Below, piece after piece: positions 1-8,411 of a stretch of 39,124 bases of DNA. Source of the stretch: an uncultured bacterium (GTDB lineage Bacteria > RBG-13-66-14 > B26-G2 > WVWN01); NCBI GenBank assembly GCA_964631855.1, contig CAZWAM010000005.1, positions 17,858 to 56,981 of the forward strand. The letters are read 5' to 3'. The notes beneath the pieces were generated by a model. It was not told the DNA's origin, did not search any database, and worked only from the letters and a program-made list of their open reading frames with translations. The position numbers and the translations under genes are program-made. Positions within the stretch are counted from its first letter, which is position 1; every line of letters begins with the position of its first letter.

Positions 1-33
1 CAGTCAAGCCGGCCGGCCGGGAGCGGCCAACGA

Positions 34-62
34 TTGATTTCAAAGATAGTATGTGATATTAT
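34..62 (+). promoter_or_regulatory. sigma70-type promoter for selD (near-leaderless transcript)
   Basis: TTGATT(34-39), 17 bp, TATTAT(57-62) with extended TG at 54-55; ATG at 72 lies about 3 nt past the expected start site; no SD. Confidence 0.65.
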
Positions 63-71
63 AAAATAAAT

Positions 72-1115
72 ATGTCGAAGGAATTGGAAGAACGCGTGCG
101 TCTTACGCAGTGCACGGCCGCGGCGGGTTGAGCGGCCAAATTCCCGGCCGAGGCGTTGGCCGAGATAATGGCTAAATTCCCGCTCCCGGACCACCCGTCG
201 CTGCTCGCGGCGACGCGGAACGCCGAGGACGCGGCGGTGTATAAAATAAACGACGAGCAAGCGTTGGTCGCGACGATTGATTTCTTCACGCCCATCGTCG
301 ACGACGCGTACGACTACGGCCGGATAGCTGCGATAAACGCGCTCTCGGACATTTACGCTATGGGCGGTCAACCGTTCCTGGCCTTAAACGTCGTGGCTTT
401 CCCGCGGGGTGAGCTGCCGGACGAGACGCTTATGCGCATCCTCGAGGGCGGCTTTGCGACGTGCGAACAGGAAGGGGTTTTATTGGCGGGGGGACACACG
501 GTCAAATCGCCGGACATACTTTACGGCCTGGCCGCGCTGGGTTTCGTTTCCCCCGACCGCGTCATAAAGAATAACGGGGCGGTGCCGGGCGACGCGCTGG
601 TCTTGACCAAGGCGCTCGGGACCGGCGTCGTCCAGACGGCGGTGAAGAAGGGGCAGTGCCCGCCCGAGGCAGAGGAGGCGGCGAAAGCGAGTATGTTGCA
701 GAGCAATAAGGCCGCGGCGGCGGCGATGGTCGCGGCGGGCGCGGTCTGTGCGACCGACGTTACGGGCTTCGGCTTTTTCGGGCACGCGTTGGAGATGGCC
801 AAAGCCTCGGGCGTCGGCGTCAGGGTTTTTGCCTCGCGCGTCCCGCAGCTGCCCCAGGCCCTCGCGTTCGCGGAGAAGTACGTACCCGGGGGTTTGACTA
901 AGAACTTGAAATTCGCCGAGCCGCATATTAAGGTGGCGGAGGGCGTACCCTCCGCGATGGTGAATCTGCTCGCGGACCCGCAGACGTCGGGCGGTTTGCT
1001 TGTCGCGCTGCCGCCCGCGCGCGCGGCGGCCTACGCCGCGGAAGTAGGCGGCCCGGCCGCGGTGGTCGCGGAGGTATTCGCGTCGCCGTCGCCCGTGATA
1101 GAAGTATCGAGTTGA
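72..1115 (+). CDS. selD: selenide,water dikinase SelD, selenocysteine-containing (TGA at 129-131)
   Basis: ATG72 reads MSKELEERVRLTQCTAAAG-U-AAKF in frame with ORF 156..1115; motifs EDAAV, DFFTPIVDD, NALSDIYAMGG, GGHT, TDVTGFG, DPQTSGGLL. Confidence 0.95.
145..162 (+). promoter_or_regulatory. candidate bacterial SECIS hairpin
   Basis: Stem CGGCCGA/TTGGCCG with loop GGCG starting about 20 nt after the UGA. Confidence 0.65.
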
Positions 1116-1154
1116 AACGACTGAGAAGCGATGAGTTTCGCGCGGAGGTATAAA

Positions 1155-1736
1155 ATGAGGTACATAACGGCGGCAGTCTCCTTGTTCGTGGTTTCGACGC
1201 TCTTGGGAGCTTGCCAAAAAGGCCCCAAAGAGGAGGAAAGAACCCCGCCCCCTAAAATAGTAAAACGCATTCCCGTAGACGCCAACCCTTTGCGGAAGAC
1301 GTACGAAGCGGAGGAACTTGGGCCCGAGGTTACGCGCGGGGAGTTGACTTCGGACCCCGCCGCCTCGAATCAAATGGCTTTGTTCGTGAAGCCGGGTGAC
1401 GCCAAACTCGGCGATTGCGTGGCTTGGGGCCCCTACGAGGAGATCTCGCCGGGGTCATATATCGCGCGTTGGCGTTTGAGGGCGGCCGATTTGCCGCAGA
1501 ACGGGAAGGCCGTATTTTGGCTCGACATTGCCGGCACGCCGAAAGCCAATCGCGATAATTATAAGACGCTTATGGGGAAGTCTTTGTGCGCCAAAGATTT
1601 CCCGAAACCGGAAAAGTACTACGTCTTCAAAATATTTTTCGACGTCGACGAGGCCTTTATCTTCGAACTCCGCACGCAATACCTCCAGGAGTCGAAACTC
1701 TGGGTTGACTGGACGAGCCTCGAGCTCGCACAATAG
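1155..1736 (+). CDS. lipoprotein with putative carbohydrate-binding beta-sandwich domain
   Basis: GGAGGT SD before ATG1155; lipobox LGAC; WGPY..PGSY.ARWRLR motif. Confidence 0.7.
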   Translation: MRYITAAVSLFVVSTLLGACQKGPKEEERTPPPKIVKRIPVDANPLRKTYEAEELGPEVTRGELTSDPAASNQMALFVKPGDAKLGDCVAWGPYEEISPGSYIARWRLRAADLPQNGKAVFWLDIAGTPKANRDNYKTLMGKSLCAKDFPKPEKYYVFKIFFDVDEAFIFELRTQYLQESKLWVDWTSLELAQ

Positions 1737-1752
1737 CTTGACGGCGGGCGTT

Positions 1753-1786
1753 AAAAACGAGCGGGCCCGTGGGCCTGCTCCGTTTT
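1753..1786. terminator. bidirectional intrinsic terminator
   Basis: AAAAACG-AGCGGGCCC-GT-GGGCCTGCT-C-CGTTTT between convergent genes. Confidence 0.7.
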
Positions 1787-1937
1787 ACGTTTTACCGTCC
1801 GCGGCGAGGTCTTCGAGCTTTAAGGTCCGGTTGACCCGTACGAAGACGACGCGGCCCGCTTCGAATTTTAGTTCCACCGTCCCGTAAAACTTTTCCTGTG
1901 CCAGGCGGCCGAGGTAAAGTACTAATTCTTTGAGCAT
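1785..1937 (-). CDS. 50-aa small protein, DUF2292/YezD-like
   Basis: MLKELVLYLGRLAQEKFYGTVELKFEAGRVVFVRVNRTLKLEDLAADGKT*; upstream GGAAAGGGGG and its own promoter; below ORF-track cutoff. Confidence 0.75.
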   Translation of the reverse strand: MLKELVLYLGRLAQEKFYGTVELKFEAGRVVFVRVNRTLKLEDLAADGKT

Positions 1938-1962
1938 GACCGGAAGGCCGACCCCCTTTCCT

Positions 1963-2004
1963 ATATGCTATATTAGTTATAGCATATTGCTAACGAGAAG
2001 TCAA
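1963..2004 (-). promoter_or_regulatory. promoter with overlapping perfect palindromic operator
   Basis: TTGACT(2004-1999), 17 bp, TGcTATAAC; ATATGCTATA-N5-TATAGCATAT at 1963-1987. Confidence 0.65.
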
Positions 2005-2022
2005 CCCCCTTTTCCGCGCCGC

Positions 2023-2051
2023 TTGACAAGGGCCTTGGCGGGTGTTACGAT
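2023..2051 (+). promoter_or_regulatory. sigma70 promoter (divergent partner)
   Basis: TTGACA(2023-2028), 17 bp, TACGAT(2046-2051) with extended TG. Confidence 0.75.
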
Positions 2052-2066
2052 TAAAAGTCATACTAG

Positions 2067-2738
2067 ATGACTATTCGGACGAGGGCCGAAGCCGATTTAC
2101 GCAGCCTCCGCGGCGAATACGATAGAATCGCGGCCGAGCTCGCCGCCGGGCGCCGCATCGAAGCCGCGGTGATGTCCGCGTACTTGGAAACCGCGGCGCG
2201 GGCCCACGACGAGATGGGCGACGAGAACCGGTACGCGTTGCGCTACGGCCTAGGGCACTTGGAGCATTTGCTGACGCGGGGGGGACAATTCGGCGCGGCG
2301 GACGCCTTTTATCGTACGCGCCTCGAGCTTACGCGCCGCGACTACAAATTTCGTTTTCGGGACTACCGCGACGTATCGGCGCTCTTGAAAGCCTGGACGT
2401 TCCGCTTGTGGCGTTTCTCGAGCCTATACGGAACCAGCGCGTTGCGCCTGGCGTGGGTCACGTTCAACGTAGCGTTGTGGTTCGCGCTCCTGTATTTCGT
2501 ATTGGACGTCCTCGCGGTACGGTACTTGGGCCAACGGGCGTTCGCGACGTACGCGATGGTCTCGTACTTGAGCTACTTCTTCGTCGGCTTCGAGGGTTTG
2601 TTTCCCGGGACGGCTGTTTTTTTGGCGAACAATTTCTGGGCGCAACTCGCGCTCGCCCTCGAAAACGGAATCGGCGCAGTTTTGATTTTATCGCTTGTGA
2701 GCTTGGTGGCGCGACGGGTTTGGCGCGGCCTGGGCTAA
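2067..2738 (+). CDS. membrane protein with degenerate 2-TM ion-channel-like C-terminal domain
   Basis: YGTS..R, TM, pore-like segment, then E..IG TM layout; lacks TxGYG. Confidence 0.6.
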   Translation: MTIRTRAEADLRSLRGEYDRIAAELAAGRRIEAAVMSAYLETAARAHDEMGDENRYALRYGLGHLEHLLTRGGQFGAADAFYRTRLELTRRDYKFRFRDYRDVSALLKAWTFRLWRFSSLYGTSALRLAWVTFNVALWFALLYFVLDVLAVRYLGQRAFATYAMVSYLSYFFVGFEGLFPGTAVFLANNFWAQLALALENGIGAVLILSLVSLVARRVWRGLG

Positions 2739-2773
2739 GGGCCGGAGCGGCTCGGGCGCCTCGGAGGACCGAA

Positions 2774-3691
2774 ATGAAGAGAGTTATTCCGTTATTGGTT
2801 GCGACGTCGGTGGGTGCTTGCGCGGCTGGAGCCGCGGAACCGGGCTCTTCCGGCGCGGCGTTTCTGAAGATAGGGGTCGGCGCCCGCGCGGTCGGGATGG
2901 GCGAGGCCCAAGCCGCGCTCGCCGCGGGGCCGGAGGCGCTCTACTGGAACCCCGCGGGCCTCGCGGCCGACGACCGCCGCGCGGTATCTTTCACCCACAG
3001 CGAGTGGCTCGAGGACATCCGCTACGAATACTTGGGCTTGTCTTATCCGCTTTTCGGGTTGGGCACGGTAGGCTTCTCCGCGGGCCGCGTGAGTATGGGT
3101 AAGCTCGAAGGCCGCGACGAGCAGGGCAATCCCACGGGCGATTTCAGCGCGAGCGATATGGCGCTCTCGCTCGGCTACGCCAGGCGGCTATGGGAATTCG
3201 TCTCGTTGGGCGCCGGCGCCGAGTATATCTCCTCCAAGATCGAGAACGAGAGCGCGTCGGCCTTCGCCGGGTCCTTCGGCGCGGCGGCGGAGCTGCCTTT
3301 GCCCGGCTTGTCCGCCGGCGTCTCCGCCTCCAACCTCGGCGGCGAGATGAAGTTCATCGAGGAGGGCGACCCGTTGCCGTTCGTAGCGCGCGGCGGCCTG
3401 GCGTACCTGTTGCCCTTCGGCGGTGAGACGAACGACGTTACCGTCGCGGCGGACGCGGTGAAGTTCCGCGACCGCGACGTCGCCGTCAACGGCGGCCTGG
3501 AATATTGGTTTATGAAAACGGTCGCCGCGCGGGCCGGCTACAAGGCGAACTACGACGAGGACGGCCTTACGGGCGGCCTCGGCTTCAGGTATTCGCCCAC
3601 CGCGGCGCTGGGGCTCTTGGCGGACTACGCTTACGCCGACATGGGCGCCTTCGGCGCCACGCACCGCATTTCCGTCGGGATGCGGTTTTGA
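2774..3691 (+). CDS. PorV/PorQ-family (UPF0164) outer-membrane beta-barrel
   Basis: GGAGG SD, signal peptide, FLKIGVGARAVGMGEA, YWNPAGL, C-terminal THRISVGMRF. Confidence 0.85.
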   Translation: MKRVIPLLVATSVGACAAGAAEPGSSGAAFLKIGVGARAVGMGEAQAALAAGPEALYWNPAGLAADDRRAVSFTHSEWLEDIRYEYLGLSYPLFGLGTVGFSAGRVSMGKLEGRDEQGNPTGDFSASDMALSLGYARRLWEFVSLGAGAEYISSKIENESASAFAGSFGAAAELPLPGLSAGVSASNLGGEMKFIEEGDPLPFVARGGLAYLLPFGGETNDVTVAADAVKFRDRDVAVNGGLEYWFMKTVAARAGYKANYDEDGLTGGLGFRYSPTAALGLLADYAYADMGAFGATHRISVGMRF

Positions 3692-3730
3692 TGCCTATAT
3701 TATTAAAATTAATTAATTTGTGTATAAATG

Positions 3731-3753
3731 GACCGCCCCGCCGGGGCGGTTTT
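3731..3753 (+). terminator. intrinsic terminator
   Basis: GACCGCCCC-GCC-GGGGCGGT-TTT. Confidence 0.55.
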
Positions 3754-3846
3754 GCTTGCCGTGCGCGGGGCCGCTATGTTATATTTTCCCGGGCAGAAAG
3801 GTATACGATGCCCGTCCGCAACGGAACCGACGCGCGGGAGGGATAG

Positions 3847-4467
3847 ATGGATATGAATTTTTTCGGGAAATACGGTTTTGTCGTCGGCGCGTTACTCTAC
3901 GCGGCCGCGGTGGCGTGGGCCGTAGGCGAGCTTAGTATTACCAGCCCGCCGGACGGCGGCGAGTTCAAACCGGGCCAGGTCGTCCGCATCGAATGGCGTA
4001 ATTTCACGACCAACCCGGTCGACATCTGGCTGAAGTGGGACGGCCGCCGCAAGAAGATCGGCGAATACGGCACCGAGACGGACGGCGTGATAATGTGGCG
4101 CGTCCCGGAGGACGAGGTGGGCGAATACCGCGTCGTCGTCGAGGAGGTGGGCGGCCTGGGCTCCAGTTCGTCGGTGGCTTTGGCCGTCATCGGTGAGGCG
4201 CCGGTATTGCCGGAAGTCTACGCTACGCCCAACCCGTTCGACCTGTCCGTCGGTTTGCCCCGGTTGACTCTCGTCGGCGCGCCCGAGGGCTCGAGCGCCG
4301 TCATCTACGATATGGAGGGCCGCGAGGTAGTCAAGCTTTCCGGTTTTCTCCTTCAGTGGCGCGGCCGCAACGAGCGCGGCGACATGGTCGCCGGCGGCAC
4401 GTACATGTTCGTCGTCGAATTTCCTTCGGGCGAGAAACATACGGGCAAGATCGCGGTCGTGAAGTGA
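3847..4467 (+). CDS. secreted Ig-like protein with C-terminal FlgD-Ig/T9SS-type sorting domain
   Basis: Signal peptide; ITSPPDGGEF..G..IEW Ig start; YATPNPF, IYDMEGREV, WRGRNERG..VAGGTY, GKIAVVK. Confidence 0.8.
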   Translation: MDMNFFGKYGFVVGALLYAAAVAWAVGELSITSPPDGGEFKPGQVVRIEWRNFTTNPVDIWLKWDGRRKKIGEYGTETDGVIMWRVPEDEVGEYRVVVEEVGGLGSSSSVALAVIGEAPVLPEVYATPNPFDLSVGLPRLTLVGAPEGSSAVIYDMEGREVVKLSGFLLQWRGRNERGDMVAGGTYMFVVEFPSGEKHTGKIAVVK

Positions 4468-5543
4468 GGAAGGCGCCCGTTCCGCTCGCAGCGCTGTTGC
4501 TGGTTTCGATCACCTCGCCCGCTTGCGCCGCCCGCGTCCGCTCCGCATCGGTTGACGCCTACGAGGTTTTTACCGAGCTTACGGTCGGGTTGGACAAGCC
4601 GACGACGTTCACCTGCGAGGCCGGCGCCCAGCCGCGTACGCTGGTGCTTTCGGTCGCGGCGGAAGCGCCGGGCGACATTTCCGCAATACCGGCGGGCCGC
4701 ATCGAAAGTATACGCGTAGCCCGGGCCAAGGGCGCGGCCACGTTCATACTCAACACCACCGCGGACGTGGGGACGTTCCGCGCGTACCTCCAGCGGGAGC
4801 CCGCCGCGGTGGTATTGGACGTGTACCGGCGCCTCGAGCTTACGTTGCCGCGTCCCGAGCCGCGGTTTAAGCGCGTTTTGGGCAATCGGAAAATCTTGCT
4901 CGTGGACGACGACGACGGCCCGGGCAACGGCAACAAATACAGCGTCGACGTAGACGCGAAATACCGCGCGGCGCTCGAGCGTATGCGCGTTCCCTACGAC
5001 GTTTACGTGGTGCGCGCCGGACGCAACGGCCCGCCGGCGACGAAGTTGTCCGAGTACCCCTTCGTTATATGGTTTAACGGCTTAGACGCCCGGCCGGTGG
5101 TTGTTTCCGCCGCGGACGAGCGCGCGGCGACCTCTTACTTGGAAGGGGGCGGGCGGCTGTGGTTGGTCTCGCAGAACTACTTGTCGGACGCGTCGCGCGC
5201 TAAGACCGCGTTCTGCCGGGAGGTTTTGGGGATAACGTCGTACGAGGCCGATACGCAGGTGGCCGAGGTTGCGGTCGGGCCGGCGGCGTCTTATTTGCCG
5301 CGTTCCGCGTACGGTTTATCGGACGAGTTGGCCATAATAGGAAACTGGGGTGACGGCTTTGACGCCCCGGCCGACGCGGATATCTTTTTCGCCGGCCCCG
5401 ACGACGGCCTATGTTACGCCATGGCGCGGCGGGTCGGCCCGGGACGTGTGGCCTTCTTTTCGTTTGCTCTCGAGAACGTCGGCTACGTCGGCCGCATCTC
5501 CGATATAATGGAGGCGGCGTTGAACCAATTGGCGGGCGAATAG
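4464..5543 (+). CDS. secreted protein: AMIN-like N-domain plus LLVDDD alpha/beta domain
   Basis: GTGA overlap with upstream stop; signal peptide; PAAVVLDVY; ILLVDDD, YLEGGGRLWLVSQ. Confidence 0.65.
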   Translation: MRKAPVPLAALLLVSITSPACAARVRSASVDAYEVFTELTVGLDKPTTFTCEAGAQPRTLVLSVAAEAPGDISAIPAGRIESIRVARAKGAATFILNTTADVGTFRAYLQREPAAVVLDVYRRLELTLPRPEPRFKRVLGNRKILLVDDDDGPGNGNKYSVDVDAKYRAALERMRVPYDVYVVRAGRNGPPATKLSEYPFVIWFNGLDARPVVVSAADERAATSYLEGGGRLWLVSQNYLSDASRAKTAFCREVLGITSYEADTQVAEVAVGPAASYLPRSAYGLSDELAIIGNWGDGFDAPADADIFFAGPDDGLCYAMARRVGPGRVAFFSFALENVGYVGRISDIMEAALNQLAGE

Positions 5544-5560
5544 GAGCGGCTTTGAGGGCG

Positions 5561-5585
5561 GCCCGCCGGCACGGCGGGTTTTATT
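5561..5585 (+). terminator. intrinsic terminator
   Basis: GCCCGCCG-GCA-CGGCGGGT-TTTATT. Confidence 0.6.
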
Positions 5586-5611
5586 AAAACGAGGCCGCCG
5601 TTTGATCGCGA

Positions 5612-6103
5612 ATGAGGGTTTTGGGTATTGACCCCGGTTTGACCGGTTCCGGTTTCGGCTGCGTGGAGAATCGCGGCAAGGTCTATTATAAATTATACGC
5701 GGATACCGCGGCGCCGCCCGCGGGGTCGCCTCTTCCTGAACGTCTCGCCGCCATACGGAATTTCACGCTTGAGGTCCTCGAGGCCCTCAAACCGGAATCG
5801 GTAGCGGTGGAGATGCTCTTCTCTCACGTGGGGCATCCTAAGACGGCGCTCCAGATGGCCCAGGCGCGAGGGGTCATACTCGAGGCCTGCGCCGCGGCGG
5901 ACGCTTCGGTCGTCGAGTATGCCCCGCGGCGCGTCAAGCAGGCGGTGGTGGGGGCGGGCGGCGCCTCGAAGGACCAGGTCGCGCGGATGGTTGCGAGGCA
6001 CCTGAATTTGAAAGAGGCGCCCGCGAACCAGCACGAGGCGGACGCGTTGGCCCTCGCCCTCTGCGCGCATTTCGTGTCCGCGCGCCAAAACGATAAGCGG
6101 TGA
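5612..6103 (+). CDS. ruvC: Holliday junction resolvase RuvC
   Basis: MRVLGIDPGL, AVE, QARGVI, EYAPRRVKQAVVG.G.ASKDQV, ADALALA. Confidence 0.95.
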   Translation: MRVLGIDPGLTGSGFGCVENRGKVYYKLYADTAAPPAGSPLPERLAAIRNFTLEVLEALKPESVAVEMLFSHVGHPKTALQMAQARGVILEACAAADASVVEYAPRRVKQAVVGAGGASKDQVARMVARHLNLKEAPANQHEADALALALCAHFVSARQNDKR

Positions 6104-6723
6104 TATCCCACCTAAAAGGCGTCCTATTGAAGAAGAAGCGCGACGGCGTGGTCGTGGAGGCGGGCGGCGTCGGCTACGACGTTTTGTTGCCGGGCGCGGT
6201 CGCGGCGCAACTCGAAGAACTCGGCGCGGGCGACGAAATTTCGCTCGTCATCTCGTACCATCTCATCGCGACGCCCTCTCGAATTACGCCCCTTTTGGTC
6301 GGCTTCACTAACGATGTCGAGCGCGAATTCTTCGAGCACTTCATCTCGGTCTCGGGCATCGGCCCCAAGGCCGCGGCGCGCGCGCTCACGCTCCCCTTCG
6401 CCCGCGTCGCCCAGGCCATAATCGAGGGGGACGTCGGCGCGCTCACGCTCCTGCCCGGCGTGGGGCGCAAACGCGCCGAGGAGATAGTACACCAGCTCAA
6501 AGATAAAGTCGCCGCGGCGGCGTTGTGCCGGACGCGAGCGGAGGCCGCGCCGCCGAGCGCCGCGGAGGCGCTTTTGGAGGCGGAGGCGGTACTCGAGCAA
6601 CTCGGCTACAGCCGTCCGGAGATAAAGGCTATTATGGATAACCTCGGCGACGGCGCGCGGGAGTGCTCCACGGCGGAGGAAGTGCTCTCGCTCGTTTACG
6701 CGCGCCAGAAACGAGGGTCATGA
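6100..6723 (+). CDS. ruvA: Holliday junction branch migration protein RuvA
   Basis: MISHLKG, GGVGY, VSGIGPK, PGVGRKRA, LGYS; sits between ruvC and ruvB. Confidence 0.95.
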   Translation: MISHLKGVLLKKKRDGVVVEAGGVGYDVLLPGAVAAQLEELGAGDEISLVISYHLIATPSRITPLLVGFTNDVEREFFEHFISVSGIGPKAAARALTLPFARVAQAIIEGDVGALTLLPGVGRKRAEEIVHQLKDKVAAAALCRTRAEAAPPSAAEALLEAEAVLEQLGYSRPEIKAIMDNLGDGARECSTAEEVLSLVYARQKRGS

Positions 6724-7787
6724 CGGACGTTTCGCGCAGCGAGCTCATTTCGCGCGAGGAGAAGCCGGAGGACGCGACTTTTACCGCGCCGTTGCGGCCC
6801 CGCCGCTTCGACGAGTTCGTGGGCCAGCAGGCGGTATTGGACAATTTGAAGATCGCCGTGAAGGCGGCGACCGAACGCGGCGAGCCGCTGGACCACCTTC
6901 TCCTCTACAGCCCCCCCGGCCTCGGCAAGACGACGCTCGCGCACGTCGTCGCCAACGAGCTCGCCGTGAGTATTAACGCTACGTCGGGCCCGGCCCTCGA
7001 ACGCCCCGGCGACCTCATGGGTTTGTTAACCAACCTCGGCGAGGGCGATATCCTCTTCGTAGACGAGATCCATCGCCTCCCGCGCGTCGTGGAGGAGTTT
7101 TTGTACCCCGCGCTCGAGGAGTTCAGAATCGCCATTATCCTGGACAAGGGCCCCGAAGCGCGGACGTTCGAGTTTAACCTGAACCGTTTTACGCTCATCG
7201 GCGCGACGACGCGCGTGGGGTTGCTCACGGCGCCGCTCCGCGACCGCTTCGGCCTCTTCCATCACCTCGAGTTCTACCCACCCGCGGACCTCGAGCGCAT
7301 CCTCCTTCGCTCGGCGAAGATCCTGACCGTGCCGTTGACGAGCGGCGGCGCGAAGGCCGTGGCGCGCCGGGCGCGCGGCACGCCCCGCGTGGCCAACCGC
7401 CTCCTGCGGCGCGTACGCGACTACGCCCAGGTAAAGGGCCGCGACGAGGTGGACGAGGAGGCCGCGGCCGAAGCGCTCAAGTTACTGGGTATCGACGAGG
7501 AGGGGCTCGACGCGCTCGACCGAAGGGTCCTCGTCGTTATAATAGATACCTACGACGGCGGCCCCGTCGGCCTTAAGGCGCTCGCGGCTACGCTCAACGA
7601 GGAGGAGGACACGCTCGCCGACGTCGTCGAGCCGTTCCTGTTGAAGATCGGCTTTCTGGGGCGGACGCAGCGCGGCCGCGTCGCGACGCGCCGGGCCTAC
7701 GAGCACCTGGGGAAGAAGGCGCCTCGCGACCTTTCCGAGATCGAACCCCTACCCTTCGAGGAGGACGGCGGCTGCAACGCCCTTTGA
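6720..7787 (+). CDS. ruvB: Holliday junction DNA helicase RuvB
   Basis: ATGA overlap; LRP..FDEFVGQ, PPGLGKTT, DEIHR, GATTR, RGTPRVANRLLRRVRD. Confidence 0.97.
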   Translation: MTDVSRSELISREEKPEDATFTAPLRPRRFDEFVGQQAVLDNLKIAVKAATERGEPLDHLLLYSPPGLGKTTLAHVVANELAVSINATSGPALERPGDLMGLLTNLGEGDILFVDEIHRLPRVVEEFLYPALEEFRIAIILDKGPEARTFEFNLNRFTLIGATTRVGLLTAPLRDRFGLFHHLEFYPPADLERILLRSAKILTVPLTSGGAKAVARRARGTPRVANRLLRRVRDYAQVKGRDEVDEEAAAEALKLLGIDEEGLDALDRRVLVVIIDTYDGGPVGLKALAATLNEEEDTLADVVEPFLLKIGFLGRTQRGRVATRRAYEHLGKKAPRDLSEIEPLPFEEDGGCNAL

Positions 7788-7790
7788 GAT

Positions 7791-8372
7791 ATGGGTAACA
7801 TATTCGATATCCCCCTCGCCGAGGCCCGCGACGAAATGAAAGCCCTTATTCGCGAGGTAGCGTACGCCGAGGGCGAATTCACGCTGGCCTCGGGTAAGAA
7901 GAGCAAATATTACGTAGACGGCCGGCGGGTAACGATCCACCCGCGCGGCGCGGTCCTGACCGGGGTGCTCTTTTTCGGGGCGATACGCGACCTCATAGAG
8001 AAGGACGGCCCGCTGGGCATTACCGGGATGACGCTCGGCGCGGACCCGATAATCACGGCGACGGCGATGGTCGCCGCGGCGAAGGGGTACGAGCTATACC
8101 CGTTCTACTGCCGCAAGGAACCGAAAGGCCACGGCGCCGGCCGCCAGCTCGAGGGTTTCTTCGACGCCGTGAAGCGGTGCGTGGTCGTGGAGGATACGGC
8201 GACGACGGGCGCCTCGGCGCTCAAGGCCGCGGCCGCGGCCCGGGCCGCCGGTATTGAGCCGGTGGCCGTCGTGCTACTGGTGGACCGCGACGAGGGTGCG
8301 CGGGAAGCTATAGAGGCAGCGGGGCTGGAGTTTAGGGCGGTGTTCTCGGTGCGAGATTTAAAAAAGGAGTAA
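7791..8372 (+). CDS. pyrE: orotate phosphoribosyltransferase
   Basis: GEFTLASGKKSKYYVD, RKEPKGHG, VVEDTATTGAS. Confidence 0.93.
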   Translation: MGNIFDIPLAEARDEMKALIREVAYAEGEFTLASGKKSKYYVDGRRVTIHPRGAVLTGVLFFGAIRDLIEKDGPLGITGMTLGADPIITATAMVAAAKGYELYPFYCRKEPKGHGAGRQLEGFFDAVKRCVVVEDTATTGASALKAAAAARAAGIEPVAVVLLVDRDEGAREAIEAAGLEFRAVFSVRDLKKE

Positions 8373-8411
8373 CGGCGTATTTGTCGGCCCGGTCGCGCCG
8401 ATACTATTAAT

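Noticed and set aside
2408-2773. Long N-terminal ORF-track extensions (2408, 4356, 6663, 10676, 13264, 27891, 28882)
   Set aside because: They overlap upstream genes, promoters or terminators; downstream starts have SDs, stop-start overlaps or signal peptides
3706-3719. Palindrome AAATTAATTAATTT
   Set aside because: Low complexity and no second copy seen
6906-6935. RuvB Walker A reads SPPGLGKTT; RuvC has His at one acidic position
   Set aside because: Other motifs are intact; likely tolerated variants
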